DNA of 64,000 nt from a bacterium (GTDB lineage: Bacteria; Patescibacteriota; Minisyncoccia; Phycocordibacterales; UBA2100), in assembly GCA_038128225.1 (NCBI GenBank), contig JAYPJF010000001.1:168092-232091 (forward strand), in the 5' to 3' direction. How positions within the stretch are numbered: the stretch's first letter is position 1; each line of letters starts with the position of its first letter. Shown in pieces: positions 1 to 9,383 of the stretch. The notes beneath the pieces were generated by a model. That model was not told where the DNA came from and made no database searches. It saw nothing but the letters and a program-made list of their open reading frames with translations. A program made the position numbers and the translations under genes.

Positions 1-378
1 CGTGAGTCTTTCCCGTTCAGAAACCGAGAGCTCTCCTACAGTGACCGCAACCCCGCCTTTCGCACCACCATACGGAAGTCCCGCAAGCGCATTTTTAATC
101 ATCATAAGAAATGCGAGCGTTGCGACTTCTTGTTCATCAACACTTGGGTGATACCGAAGTCCGCCTTTCGTTGGACCAAGCGCGTCATTATACTGCACTC
201 GAACGCCATCAAAAATACGTGTTGTTCCGTCGTCCATGCGTACGGGGACTGCGACCGAGATGACCCGTTGAGGGTGTTCCAGCAACGCCCGCTCGTGTGC
301 AGACAACGCAAGCTCGTCAAGAAGCGCTTCTACACGAGACCGGCACGCAATACATACATTCTTGTCATGATGCATCAT
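1..378 (-). CDS. gdhA: Glutamate dehydrogenase (Glu/Leu/Phe/Val dehydrogenase family), N-terminal 126 aa. The gene continues past the left edge of the window.
   Basis: Reverse-strand translation from the ATG at 378 reads MMHHDKNV...RVQYNDALGPTKGGLRYHP...LPYGGAKGG, which are classic GDH motifs. There is no stop before position 1, so the ORF is missing from the ORF track. Confidence 0.8.
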   Translation of the reverse strand, partial: MMHHDKNVCIACRSRVEALLDELALSAHERALLEHPQRVISVAVPVRMDDGTTRIFDGVRVQYNDALGPTKGGLRYHPSVDEQEVATLAFLMMIKNALAGLPYGGAKGGVAVTVGELSVSERERLT

Positions 379-505
379 AGGACGCTGATTGTAACATGCG
401 GTTCTTGCTTTTTTTTTGCTTTCATATATAGTATTCGTACAGCTGAATACAGGAATGTATTTAGTCCGCCGCAGGCGGACATTTTTATTAAAAACAACGA
501 TACCT

Positions 506-1723
506 ATGTCATTATTTGATCTCAAAGCACTTAATGTTGCACTTGATGAACTCCAGCAAGAAAAAGGGATTTCGCGGCAATCGGTAGTCGGTGCAATCGA
601 AACCGCTCTTGCGACCGCATACCGCCGTGAATACGGGAAGCGCGGACAAATCATCCGCTGTTCATTCAACCCAGAAACAGGTGACGCTGAATTCCGTCAG
701 GCAAAAATAGTTGTCGATAACACGCTGGTGCGCGCAGAGACGGAAGAGCCGACAGATGAAAACGACCATCGCTCGCGCTTCAACTCCGAACAACACATCA
801 TGATCGAGGACGCGCGCCGTATTCGCAAAGATGCACAACTCGATGATGAGATAACGTTTGATCTTGAGCGCCGTGATGATTTCGGCCGCATCGCTGCACA
901 AGCGGCAAAGCAGGTGGTGATGCAAAAAATCAGAGAGGCGGAGCGTGACTCCATGATGGAAGAGTTCGGTGAGCGCGAAGGTGAAATCGTGACCGGCCAC
1001 GTACAACGGTTTGAGCGCGGTAATCTTTTCATCGATCTTGGCCGTGCAACAGCAGTACTTCCCTACGAAGAACAGATACCAGGCGAACGATATCGCCAAG
1101 GCGAACGCATTCGCGCGCTCCTCTTCAAAGTTGACGAAAATGCGCGTGGCTCGTTTTTGCGTCTTTCACGATCACATCCACGATTTCTCGTAAAACTTTT
1201 TGAAACCGAAGTTCCTGAAATCGCACAAGGACTAGTTGAGGTGAAAGCGGTGGTGCGTGAACCGGGAAGTCGCGCCAAAATTGCAGTTATGTCGAAGGAT
1301 AGCCACATCGATCCAGTAGGAGCGCTTGTCGGTCAGCGTGGCGTCCGTGTCGCTGTGGTTACCTCGGAACTCGGTGGAGAAAAAATAGACGTTATTGAGT
1401 GGTCAGAAAACCCAAGCGCGTTCGTTGAAGAGGCGCTAAAACCTGCTGAAATTCTTGATATTCGCCTCGATGAAGACCAGGGTATTGCGACTGTTGAGGT
1501 TTCGGAAGACCAGCAGTCTCTTGCAATTGGACGCGGTGGCCAGAACGTTCGTCTCGCAGCGCGTCTCACAGGATGGAAAATTGACATTCGCTCAGCAAAA
1601 AGCGCTGAAACAGCAGAAGAGACGGATACTGAAGCCGCTTCAGACAAACCAACTGAAACCGCAGAAGAAGAAAATGGTGCTGAAGAAAAACAAGACGCGG
1701 CTACGAACGAAAAAAGCGAATAA
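506..1723 (+). CDS. nusA: Transcription termination/antitermination factor NusA
   Basis: Translation starts MSLFDLKALNVALDELQQEKGISR and includes S1/KH-like regions (AIGRGGQNVRLAARLTGWKIDI) and an acidic C-terminal tail. The likely start is the ATG at 506, inside the track ORF 416..1723. Confidence 0.9.
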   Translation: MSLFDLKALNVALDELQQEKGISRQSVVGAIETALATAYRREYGKRGQIIRCSFNPETGDAEFRQAKIVVDNTLVRAETEEPTDENDHRSRFNSEQHIMIEDARRIRKDAQLDDEITFDLERRDDFGRIAAQAAKQVVMQKIREAERDSMMEEFGEREGEIVTGHVQRFERGNLFIDLGRATAVLPYEEQIPGERYRQGERIRALLFKVDENARGSFLRLSRSHPRFLVKLFETEVPEIAQGLVEVKAVVREPGSRAKIAVMSKDSHIDPVGALVGQRGVRVAVVTSELGGEKIDVIEWSENPSAFVEEALKPAEILDIRLDEDQGIATVEVSEDQQSLAIGRGGQNVRLAARLTGWKIDIRSAKSAETAEETDTEAASDKPTETAEEENGAEEKQDAATNEKSE

Positions 1724-1759
1724 TGTCCCCGGGGGGACATTTTACCTGTTTCGCGCGAA

Positions 1760-2293
1760 TTAGTTTTTTGAACTAAATCGTTCAATACACTCCTTGATAA
1801 CAGCCACGGCTTCCTCCTTTCCTCCGTACCCGAGCACTTTTGTCGTGCCTCGCTTTTTCAAATCTTTATATGTATTGAAGTGATACTCGATTTTATTCTT
1901 CCACTGCTCTCCCAAATCATCAAGTGACTTGATCCTGTTGCCGCTGTCTCGGTCATCTGAGGGAACACAGATGATTTTGTGGTCTTTTTCACCATCATCT
2001 TCAAAGTTAAGAACTCCAAGAATGGTCGCTCTGACCACCACTCCAAGCGGGAGCGGTTCTGGAGAAACGATAAGTGTGTCGAGCTCGTCACCATCTTCGT
2101 CAAGCGTGCCGGGAATAAACCCGTAGTTTGACGGTTTTGCAAAAATCGCAGGCTCAACACGGTCAAGTTCGAACGTGCCTTTTTCTCTATTGTACTCAAT
2201 TTTTAAAATCGACTTTTCAGGAATCTCAATTACTGTGGTGACTTCATATTCTTGTATGTCACCTGGGGTATATAGTTTGTTGTAATCAGTCAT
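1760..2293 (-). CDS. ppa: Inorganic pyrophosphatase (family I)
   Basis: Translation reads MTDYNKLYTPG...EIPEKSILKIEYNRE...DGDELDTLIV...KIICVP. It is about 177 aa from the internal Met of the 220-aa track ORF. Confidence 0.85.
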   Translation of the reverse strand: MTDYNKLYTPGDIQEYEVTTVIEIPEKSILKIEYNREKGTFELDRVEPAIFAKPSNYGFIPGTLDEDGDELDTLIVSPEPLPLGVVVRATILGVLNFEDDGEKDHKIICVPSDDRDSGNRIKSLDDLGEQWKNKIEYHFNTYKDLKKRGTTKVLGYGGKEEAVAVIKECIERFSSKN

Positions 2294-2434
2294 GCGGCGA
2301 TAGTAGCACACCCTTCCGTTTCGCCAAACGTAAGAACAGTCGTCCCCAGTCGTCTGGCACAGTGTACGCCCCCACGGTGGTATGCTAGTGATGACTACGA
2401 CACCGTAGGCGTTTATCAACAAGCTAGATTACAT

Positions 2435-3343
2435 ATGAGTGTATACCTACACGCAGCTAAGGTTTTTGTTTTTTCATTACTCATCGCCGGGAGTATGTTT
2501 CTTTTTGCTTTTGCAGAAGAGACAACCACTTCTGTAGACGCAACTGTCGAAGTTGGTGTTTCAACCCAAAAACCAGGCCCAAATCAGAAACTTAAAGAAC
2601 AGCGCCAAAACGGCGTCAAAACTTTCCAAGAAGAGAAGAAAAATTTTATTCAAAACCGCCAAGAAGATGTCCAGAAAGCAATGGAAATACGCATGGGCAT
2701 CAAAGAAGACCGGCAAGAATTTCGTCAAGGCGTTATCGACGAGTCGAAAACGATGCGGGGAGAGACCAAAGCAAAACTACAAAACGCCTCAACGACCGAA
2801 GAAAAGAAAGGTATTCTGAAAGCAGCACAAGAAAAACGCCAAGAATTCCGGCAAGATGTTGCTGGTGAACGTAAGGCGCTTGCTGAAGATTTTAAAGGGC
2901 GCCGCGAGGAAATTCGAGAAGCTACAAAACAGCGAGTTGTTGAACGCATGGGCCTTGTTATACAGCGCCTTACTAATTCGCTTGAACGATTCGATCAAAT
3001 CATCGCACGAATGCAGTCGCGCCTTGATAAACTCGTGTCGCAAGGCGTGAGCACCACCAACGCGCAGGCAGCTCTCGACACCGCGAAAGGTAATGTGACA
3101 ACGGCAAAAAATGCAGTCGCGAGTGCAAAAAGTGCAATTGAGGCCGCGGCTACAGCCGAAGATCCAAAGTCTGAAGTAGAAAAAGTCCGCACTGCCATAA
3201 AAACTGCAACCGAGGTTATCAAAAGCACTCACCAAGCAATTAGAAAAGCGGTCGAAGAAATCAAAAAAATAGCTCCGAAAAATACAACCGTATCGGCAAC
3301 TACGTCCGTTGAAAGTACGAGCACTGTCGAATCAAATAATTAA
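2435..3343 (+). CDS. Hypothetical secreted coiled-coil protein with an N-terminal signal peptide and repeated Q.EFRQ motifs
   Basis: Hydrophobic N-terminus FVFSLLIAGSMFLFAFA, followed by a K/E/Q-rich helical region. Confidence 0.5.
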   Translation: MSVYLHAAKVFVFSLLIAGSMFLFAFAEETTTSVDATVEVGVSTQKPGPNQKLKEQRQNGVKTFQEEKKNFIQNRQEDVQKAMEIRMGIKEDRQEFRQGVIDESKTMRGETKAKLQNASTTEEKKGILKAAQEKRQEFRQDVAGERKALAEDFKGRREEIREATKQRVVERMGLVIQRLTNSLERFDQIIARMQSRLDKLVSQGVSTTNAQAALDTAKGNVTTAKNAVASAKSAIEAAATAEDPKSEVEKVRTAIKTATEVIKSTHQAIRKAVEEIKKIAPKNTTVSATTSVESTSTVESNN

Positions 3344-3359
3344 TAACTCATAGCTATAT

Positions 3360-3728
3360 ATGGATCAACAATCGCCTATTACAACACCGTCATCAAATCA
3401 AAACCCACTACCCCCCCAGGAACCTGCTGAGCACCACGGCTCTTTAGGTCCTATCGTTGGTGTTGTTGTAATCATTGCACTCCTCATGTTTGGGGGCCTC
3501 TACTTCTGGGGTGCACAACTCAATAATGACAATGACGATCAAGTTCCCTACATTCCTGAAGAATCAGCTGCGCCACCGATAAACGATAACTCTGACCTGT
3601 CTTCTTCTGATGGTGTCGCAGCAATTGATTCTGACATAGCGGCAACCGACATGGCTGAACTCGAAGCTTCACTTGATGCTGATTTAAAAAGTATCGAAAG
3701 TGACCTTGGCGAACTCGACACCCTCTAA
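3360..3728 (+). CDS. Hypothetical small membrane protein with one TM helix and an acidic C-terminus
   Basis: TM segment GPIVGVVVIIALLMFGGLYFWGA. A terminator hairpin follows the stop. Confidence 0.45.
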   Translation: MDQQSPITTPSSNQNPLPPQEPAEHHGSLGPIVGVVVIIALLMFGGLYFWGAQLNNDNDDQVPYIPEESAAPPINDNSDLSSSDGVAAIDSDIAATDMAELEASLDADLKSIESDLGELDTL

Positions 3729-3741
3729 GAACTGACCCCAA

Positions 3742-3772
3742 ACAGCCGCCCTTCACGGGCGGCTGTTTCGTT
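3742..3772 (+). terminator. Rho-independent terminator hairpin (acagccgccc-ttcac-gggcggctgt) followed by a T-rich stretch
   Basis: Perfect 10-bp stem seen directly in the sequence, located after the 3360..3728 ORF. Confidence 0.5.
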
Positions 3773-3786
3773 GGTAGACTCGCGTA

Positions 3787-4851
3787 ATGTCAGCAACAAT
3801 TAGCTCAAAACAAGCCTTCCCGGAAACTTCAGAGGTTGAAATAAAAGCCTCTCTGTCACCGGAAACACTTGTGTCGTTTCGTGCTAAAGCAATCAAAAAA
3901 TTACAAGAAAAAGTTTCAATTGATGGGTTCCGAAAAGGCCATGTGCCTGAAGATCTTGTGGAGCGTCACGTGGGTGCGGATACCCTTCTCGAAGAAGCTG
4001 CCGATTTGGCGCTTAAGTCGGAAGTGCCGCTCATTCTTGCCCAGGAAAACGTACTCGGTATTGCAACACCGCGAATCACCGTTACCAAACTCGCGCTCGG
4101 TAACCCGCTCGAGTTCACTGTGCGCATTGAAGTGTACCCGACAGTTACTCTCCCTGACTATAAAAAAATCGCCGCGCAGCTCAACAAAAAACGCGAGCTC
4201 GTACACGTGGCCGACGCAGAAGTTGCCGAAGTACTTGTTCGCCTGAGACGTGAGCGCGCAAAAATTGACCGGATCGAAAAAGGCGACAGTGCAGAAGATG
4301 CAGCAAAAAATTCTGTTGAACTCCCAGAGAAAGACCTCCCAGAACTGGACGACGCGTTCGTCAAAGGTCTCGGATATGAAACTCTTGCCGACTTCACTGA
4401 AAAACTCAAGGAAAACATCCAAAAAGACAAAGAGGCGCAGGCACACGAAAAACATCGGTTACTCATCATCGAAACAGTCAGTGCAGAAACTAAAACTGCC
4501 ATTCCTCATACGCTCATCGAGCATGAGGTGCATAAGATGGAAGCGCAATTTGAGTCCGACCTGAAGCAGGCTGGCATGTCATTCGATCAATATTTAACAC
4601 ACATTAAAAAAACGCACGAAGATCTGCATAAAGAATGGCACGAACCCGCTGAAAAACGAGCGAAAGTAGAGCTCATCCTCGCTGAGATCGCACAGAAGGA
4701 GAATTTAAAAGCGAGCGAAGACGAAGTGCGAAAACATGTGGCGCACACACTCAAAACACACAAGGATGCGCCTGAGGAACGCGTATACCAATATTACAAC
4801 CACGTTTTGCGTAATGATGCTGTGCTCCAATTTTTAGAAGAGCAAAAATAG
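3787..4851 (+). CDS. tig: Trigger factor (short form)
   Basis: GFRKGHVP motif and ribosome-binding N-domain features. It sits immediately upstream of clpP in the classic tig-clpP arrangement. Confidence 0.75.
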   Translation: MSATISSKQAFPETSEVEIKASLSPETLVSFRAKAIKKLQEKVSIDGFRKGHVPEDLVERHVGADTLLEEAADLALKSEVPLILAQENVLGIATPRITVTKLALGNPLEFTVRIEVYPTVTLPDYKKIAAQLNKKRELVHVADAEVAEVLVRLRRERAKIDRIEKGDSAEDAAKNSVELPEKDLPELDDAFVKGLGYETLADFTEKLKENIQKDKEAQAHEKHRLLIIETVSAETKTAIPHTLIEHEVHKMEAQFESDLKQAGMSFDQYLTHIKKTHEDLHKEWHEPAEKRAKVELILAEIAQKENLKASEDEVRKHVAHTLKTHKDAPEERVYQYYNHVLRNDAVLQFLEEQK

Positions 4852-4906
4852 GCGCGAGCCACAAATTGTGATACGATGCGCGGGTATGGATACTCCGAAA
4901 TCACAG

Positions 4907-5455
4907 ATGTTAGTGCCGATGGTGATCGAGAAAACGAGCTTTGGCGAGCGCGCGTTTGATATTTATTCGCGTCTTCTTAAAGATCGCATTATCTTCCTCG
5001 GTGGCCCAATCGACGACCACGTGGCAAACCTCATCATCGCCCAGATGCTTTTTCTTGAGTCGGAAGACCCCAAAAAAGACATTTTCCTCTATATCAACTC
5101 CCCAGGCGGTGGCGTCACCGATGGTATGGCGATCCTCGACACAATGAACTACATTAAGCCGAATGTCTCGACTGTCTGTGTAGGTCTCGCGGCTTCGATG
5201 GCTGCCGTTTTGCTTTCCGCGGGAGAAAAAGGCAAGCGTTTTGTGCTCCCAAACGCAGAAGTTATGATTCATCAACCGCACGGAGGCGCCCAAGGACAAG
5301 CAGCCGACATTGAAATCAGTGCCAAGCGTATCATTCGAATGCGCGAACAATTGGCTCAAATATTGGCTAAAAACACCGGTCAACCCCTCAAAAAGATCCA
5401 AACCGATATGGACCGCGATTTCTTTTTAGAATCAGAAGAGGCAGTGCGATATTGA
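4907..5455 (+). CDS. clpP: ATP-dependent Clp protease proteolytic subunit ClpP. It ends at an in-frame TGA where the conserved C-terminal Gly is expected.
   Basis: Translation reads [33 protein letters not shown]...[18 protein letters not shown]...MIHQPHGG. The downstream in-frame codons encode IVDKVLK, which is the canonical ClpP tail. The track ORF begins at 4868. Confidence 0.85.
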   Translation: MLVPMVIEKTSFGERAFDIYSRLLKDRIIFLGGPIDDHVANLIIAQMLFLESEDPKKDIFLYINSPGGGVTDGMAILDTMNYIKPNVSTVCVGLAASMAAVLLSAGEKGKRFVLPNAEVMIHQPHGGAQGQAADIEISAKRIIRMREQLAQILAKNTGQPLKKIQTDMDRDFFLESEEAVRY

Positions 5456-5668
5456 ATTGTAGACAAAGTGCTGAAATAGTGGCCCGTCACTCTCTCGTTT
5501 TTCAAAAAAACATGGTACACTTGCTGCGTACCGTTAATAAATAGTCATTACGTCACCGTGCGCTTATGCCATTACTAGACGCCTGCACATCAGATACGAA
5601 GCACCGAAGCATCGATTCTTGTATACAGCGTTTGAGTTACTAGCCGCGCGCGGGGATTTAACCTGCGT

Positions 5669-7198
5669 ATGTCATTAAAAATTTTGTTAGCTTTGCTCGC
5701 AGTAGCGGGCCTCGTCGGCGGAATTGCGGGCTATTTTCTCCGATGGATAGTCGCGCTCGGGAAGCGTGGCTCAATGGAACTTGAAATCAAGCAGATGATG
5801 CTTGAAGCCCAAGAACAAGCGAAGCGTATTGTTTCAGATGCAGAGCAAGAGGCGAAAGTAAGGGAGGAAAAAGTGAGTGAAGAACAAAAAGAGCGCGAAC
5901 GCGATCTGAAGAAAGTTGAGGAACGCTTAGTGCGTCGCGAAGAACTCCTCGATAAGCGGCAGAATGATCTTACGCAAGAACAAACTGAGGTGCGAAACAA
6001 AATCGAGGAGGTACGCAAACTTAAAGAGCGTGTCGACGGTATGGCGCGAGAACGCGAAACAGAGCTTGCAAAAGTAGCAGAGCTTTCAGTTGATGACGCA
6101 AAAAAAGAGCTCGTACAAGTGATCGAAAAGCAATACGAAAACGACCTCGTGCAGCGCATTCACAAGATGGAATCGGTGGGCAAAGAACGCTTGGAACAAA
6201 AAGCTCGTGAAATCCTCACCTCATCAATCCACCGCATTGGAAATTCAGTGGTTTCCGACGTACTCGCCACCACCGTACAGCTCCCCAATGATGAGGTGAA
6301 GGGTAAAATCATTGGTAAAGAAGGGCGCAACATTCGTGCGTTTGAACGAGCGACAGGAGTTGATGTGATCATTGACGATACCCCTGGTACAATCACTCTA
6401 TCTTCGTACGACCCTGTGCGCCGCCAAGTCGCACGCGTTGCGCTTGAAAACCTTATTCTCGACGGGCGAATTCAACCAGCAAAAATTGAAGAAGTGGTAG
6501 TAAAAGCGCAAGAGGAGATTAATCACATCATGAAAAAGAAAGGTGAGGAAGCGGCGTTTAACGCGCGCGTCACCGGCCTCGATCCGAAACTTCTTACCAT
6601 ACTCGGCCGCTTATACTTCCGCACGAGTTACGGCCAAAACGTCCTTGATCACTCCGTAGAAATGGCCCATCTTGCGGGCATGCTTGCTGAGGAGTTGGGT
6701 GCAAATGTCGCGGTTGCACGCGCAGGAGCGCTCATGCATGACATTGGGAAAGCCATGGATCATGAAGTCCCCGGAACGCATGTAGAGATCGGCCGACGCA
6801 TTCTTCAGAAATTTGGTGTAGACGAGGGGGTGATAAAGGCAATGCAGGCGCACCATGAAGAATACCCGTACGAAACCCCTGAGAGTATGATTGTGCAGGT
6901 TTCTGACGCAATTTCTGGAGGACGCCCTGGGGCTCGCCGAGATTCGGTAGAAAACTACATTAAACGCCTTGAGGAGCTCGAATCTATTGCAAACAGCTTT
7001 AAGGGAATTGAAAAAAGCTACGCCATTCAGGCCGGCCGTGAAGTTCGGGTCTTTGTAAGACCTGAGGAAGTCTCGGATTATGAGGCACGCACGCTTGCTC
7101 GGAGTATCGCTGACAAAATCGAGTCAGAAATGCAATATCCGGGAGAGATCAAAGTGCACGTGATCCGTGAAAATCGCGTTATTGAGTACGCACGATAG
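5669..7198 (+). CDS. rny: Ribonuclease Y
   Basis: N-terminal TM helix, a KH domain (GKEGRNIRAFERATGVDVIIDD) and an HD domain (HSVEMAHLAGMLAEE...LMHDIGKA). Confidence 0.9.
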   Translation: MSLKILLALLAVAGLVGGIAGYFLRWIVALGKRGSMELEIKQMMLEAQEQAKRIVSDAEQEAKVREEKVSEEQKERERDLKKVEERLVRREELLDKRQNDLTQEQTEVRNKIEEVRKLKERVDGMARERETELAKVAELSVDDAKKELVQVIEKQYENDLVQRIHKMESVGKERLEQKAREILTSSIHRIGNSVVSDVLATTVQLPNDEVKGKIIGKEGRNIRAFERATGVDVIIDDTPGTITLSSYDPVRRQVARVALENLILDGRIQPAKIEEVVVKAQEEINHIMKKKGEEAAFNARVTGLDPKLLTILGRLYFRTSYGQNVLDHSVEMAHLAGMLAEELGANVAVARAGALMHDIGKAMDHEVPGTHVEIGRRILQKFGVDEGVIKAMQAHHEEYPYETPESMIVQVSDAISGGRPGARRDSVENYIKRLEELESIANSFKGIEKSYAIQAGREVRVFVRPEEVSDYEARTLARSIADKIESEMQYPGEIKVHVIRENRVIEYAR

Positions 7199-7324
7199 GA
7201 TTTTTTGACAAATTCCCTTATTCACAGCCATTTATAAAACGTGTTGACACTGCGCCCTCATTTTAGAACAATAGTGGGGAGCTTATAAAGCGGTCGAGAT
7301 TTAGCCAGGTTTCATTACAATACC

Positions 7325-7597
7325 ATGAACAAAGCAGATCTGATTGATCGCATAGCGAATACCTGTGGCTGCACCAAGGCAGACGCGGAACGCATGATGG
7401 ATACGGTGATCGACACCATTACCGCTTCCCTCAAAAAAGGCGAAGAGGTTGCGATTGCAGGATTGGGTAAGTTCACCGCTAAAATGCGCGCAGGCCGCAC
7501 CGGCCGCAATCCGCGCACCGGCGAATCGGTTCAAATCCCGTCAATGCGCGTCCCTAAGTTCAGCGCTTCAAAAACACTGAAAGACGCGGTGAAATAA
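7325..7597 (+). CDS. hup: DNA-binding protein HU
   Basis: Translation reads MNKADLIDRIA...GLGKFTAKMRAGRTGRNPRTGESVQIP. Confidence 0.9.
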   Translation: MNKADLIDRIANTCGCTKADAERMMDTVIDTITASLKKGEEVAIAGLGKFTAKMRAGRTGRNPRTGESVQIPSMRVPKFSASKTLKDAVK

Positions 7598-7614
7598 GGT
7601 TTCTGTACAATCAA

Positions 7615-7639
7615 AAGACCGCCTCTGGGCGGTTTTTTG
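7615..7639 (+). terminator. Rho-independent terminator after hup (gaccgcc-tctg-ggcggt + TTTTTT)
   Basis: Stem plus T-run seen in the sequence. Confidence 0.65.
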
Positions 7640-7762
7640 ATGCGCGGCTATATGTGCACGCCGCTTGCTAGCTATAAGTTATTCCAAGGTGCTACCATAG
7701 ACATAGTTGCAAAGGGCAATTACTAGGCTGTCTTCCCAAGAGAAGACAGACAATGTATCACT

Positions 7763-7861
7763 ATGGATAACCAAGAATGCGTGTGCCAGGGTGCAGCCCA
7801 GTGTCCAGAAAATTGCACCTGTGATTGTCATAAGGGCGCAGAAAGCGAAACAAGTGCATAG
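7763..7861 (+). CDS. Putative 32-aa cysteine-rich micro-protein (MDNQECVCQGAAQCPENCTCDCHKGAESETSA), metallothionein-like
   Basis: Six Cys plus one His in 32 aa. A strong hairpin at 7872..7904 follows the stop immediately. The ORF is below the track size cutoff and was found by reading the sequence. Confidence 0.3.
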   Translation: MDNQECVCQGAAQCPENCTCDCHKGAESETSA

Positions 7862-7871
7862 CTTCAACAAC

Positions 7872-7904
7872 AAACACAAACCGCCTTTGAGGCGGTTTGT
7901 GTTT
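7872..7904 (+). terminator. Strong hairpin (aaacacaaaccgcc-tttga-ggcggtttgtgttt), a probable intrinsic terminator for the micro-ORF
   Basis: Perfect 14-bp stem ending in a T-rich 3' arm. Confidence 0.45.
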
Positions 7905-8078
7905 GGGAGAACTGCGCAGTAAAAGGTACGGCGCCCGTCCATTCATATATATCCGTTGTTTTGTGCAGAATACTAGAAATAGCTCTAATTCCCCACTGCG
8001 CCGACACGATCAAATTATTCTTTGCCGAACTAATCCAAGGGTTCGCGAAATGAGTGTAACTTTGTTCGTTGAATTGCA

Positions 8079-8110
8079 AAAGAAAAGCCGCTCCCGTTGC
8101 CAGGAGCGGC
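8079..8110 (-). terminator. Terminator hairpin (gccgctcc...ggagcggc) with a T-run on the minus strand, downstream of the 8122..8832 gene
   Basis: Stem seen in the sequence. On the minus strand it is followed by TTTTCTTTT. Confidence 0.5.
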
Positions 8111-8121
8111 CAGTTTAGCGA

Positions 8122-8832
8122 TTAGGCTTGGTGCGGCCAGTGCTCCGTCCCATCGGAGTCAATCCAGTGATATGACTCCGGGTCGTCCGGCGACCCGCAG
8201 GTCACGGTGGCATACCTGCCGCCGTGCTCTGCGGCGAGAAAAATCTTCGTCGCTGCGGCGCGAGCTGCCTTCTCCTGCGGAACACGGAAGCGGAAGGACC
8301 GATTCTTTTCGCCGTTCCGCCCCGAATGGGCGAAAAGGACGAGGTCACTGACATCAGCGCCTTCCTTCGTATCCCACTCGGCATGAAAGTACGCGGCATC
8401 CGCCACCATCTCCTGTTTTTCCGCGAGAAGGTTGTTGACGGCGCGGCTGGCCACCTCGCAGTCAACCTCCTCCCAAAGTTCTTCCCACAAGGTGGACATC
8501 ACTTCGGGAGAGTCCTGGTAGGTCCGGTTGTGCACACGCCGTTCGACGAAGTTGCCGCGCTTGACGAGCACGGCGATCGTCACAGCTTCCAGAAGTGGCA
8601 GTGGGATACAGAGCGAGCTTTCACCTGCCCGCACCACCACCAGGTCGAAATAAGACTCAGACGAGGAGCCCCCATCCGGGTCCTGTGTTTCGATCTCGAC
8701 CTCAAGCCCCTCAGGCTTGTTGTCGAGATACTCCTGAAGCACCACCGCGAGCGCGGTGTTGGCGAGAGAGTAGTCCCCGCCGCTGACCTGCTTTGCGCGG
8801 TTGCCGATCTGGACAATTTTGTGTAGGTTCAT
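8122..8832 (-). CDS. Hypothetical protein of 236 aa. The gene is GC-rich (about 60% against a background of about 48%) and is likely horizontally acquired.
   Basis: Intact ORF with a strong GGAGGAGGG Shine-Dalgarno site, its own consensus promoter and its own terminator. I do not recognise a family for it. Confidence 0.55.
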   Translation of the reverse strand: MNLHKIVQIGNRAKQVSGGDYSLANTALAVVLQEYLDNKPEGLEVEIETQDPDGGSSSESYFDLVVVRAGESSLCIPLPLLEAVTIAVLVKRGNFVERRVHNRTYQDSPEVMSTLWEELWEEVDCEVASRAVNNLLAEKQEMVADAAYFHAEWDTKEGADVSDLVLFAHSGRNGEKNRSFRFRVPQEKAARAAATKIFLAAEHGGRYATVTCGSPDDPESYHWIDSDGTEHWPHQA

Positions 8833-9006
8833 ATCGCCCTCCTCCGGGCTGGTTCCGCACTTGGCGAAGCCGTGAGTTCCACATCAGTTCTCTCTAATGT
8901 GGGGAAGGCCGCATCGTTGCGGCTCCAGCTTTGGCACTAGCGAAGTACCGCCGAAACTGGAGCCGCAGAGAATCTTAATCTCAAAAATCTTCTCTAATCT
9001 GATTGT

Positions 9007-9035
9007 AATATACAATGTTCTATGTTTATTGTCAA
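9007..9035 (-). promoter_or_regulatory. Near-consensus sigma70 promoter (TTGACA-17-TATATT) driving the 8122..8832 gene through a leader of about 170 nt
   Basis: Read on the minus strand: TTGACAataaacatagaacattgTATATT. Confidence 0.45.
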
Positions 9036-9165
9036 TATAAAACTGCGGACTAAACCAAAGGTGTTATAAAATCTTGAGTATCGCATGCCCAAACGTTCTT
9101 TTTTCCCAAAAGATTTAGAGTGCGCGCAGGACAGCGGCGAGCGCCCATTTACAAATCCTTGATTG

Positions 9166-9184
9166 GTGCGGGATGCGGGAATCG
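9166..9184 (-). repeat. 19-nt direct repeat of the tRNA-Gly 3' end (gtgcgggatgcgggaatcg), att-like
   Basis: Identical to 9312..9330 inside tRNA-Gly. No complete tRNA can be folded around this copy. Confidence 0.5.
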
Positions 9185-9312
9185 GTCACGAGTTTCGCTC
9201 TGCGAACCCTCGACCCCGCCTCAGCCCGGCTCGGGCTTCCGGCTTTCGATTCCCACCCTCCGTTACAAAACAACAGTCATCGTACGCTCACGCGTACTCT
9301 TCGTTTGTTTTG

Positions 9313-9383
9313 TGCGGGATGCGGGAATCGAACCCGCGACCTCAGTTTGGAAAACTGATATTTTACCATTAAACTAATCCCGC
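9313..9383 (-). tRNA. tRNA-Gly (anticodon TCC)
   Basis: Reverse complement reads GCGGGATTAGTTTAATGGTAAAATATCAGTTTTCCAAACTGAGGTCGCGGGTTCGATTCCCGCATCCCGCA. It folds as a cloverleaf with anticodon loop TTTCCAA and no encoded CCA. Confidence 0.75.

Noticed and set aside
130-519. 129-aa plus-strand ORF and 72-aa minus-strand ORF at the window start
   Set aside because: They overlap the clear glutamate dehydrogenase reading frame on the minus strand, which is absent from the track only because it lacks an in-window stop.
5453-5455. Possibility that the genome uses genetic code 25 or 4 (TGA as a sense codon), raised by the ClpP TGA
   Set aside because: pnp (24404..24406) and comM end with TGA at orthodox C-termini. 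Long ORFs such as polA, pnp and pcrA are uninterrupted under the standard code. The tRNA-Gly found has anticodon TCC, not TCA. GC content is also far above that of SR1/Gracilibacteria.
7679-7942. 87-aa minus-strand ORF overlapping the Cys-rich micro-ORF
   Set aside because: It spans the strong hairpin and has no signal or motif. The plus-strand micro-ORF followed by a terminator is the more parsimonious reading, though neither is proven.
9164-9262. The sequence around the tRNA 3'-end repeat might be a second full tRNA, tRNA-Sec or a tmRNA 3' end
   Set aside because: No 5' acceptor strand complementary to ATCCCGC is present. The T-arm cannot form, because the GTGAC upstream of CGATTCCCGC does not pair. 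Only the terminal about 19 nt match the neighbouring tRNA.
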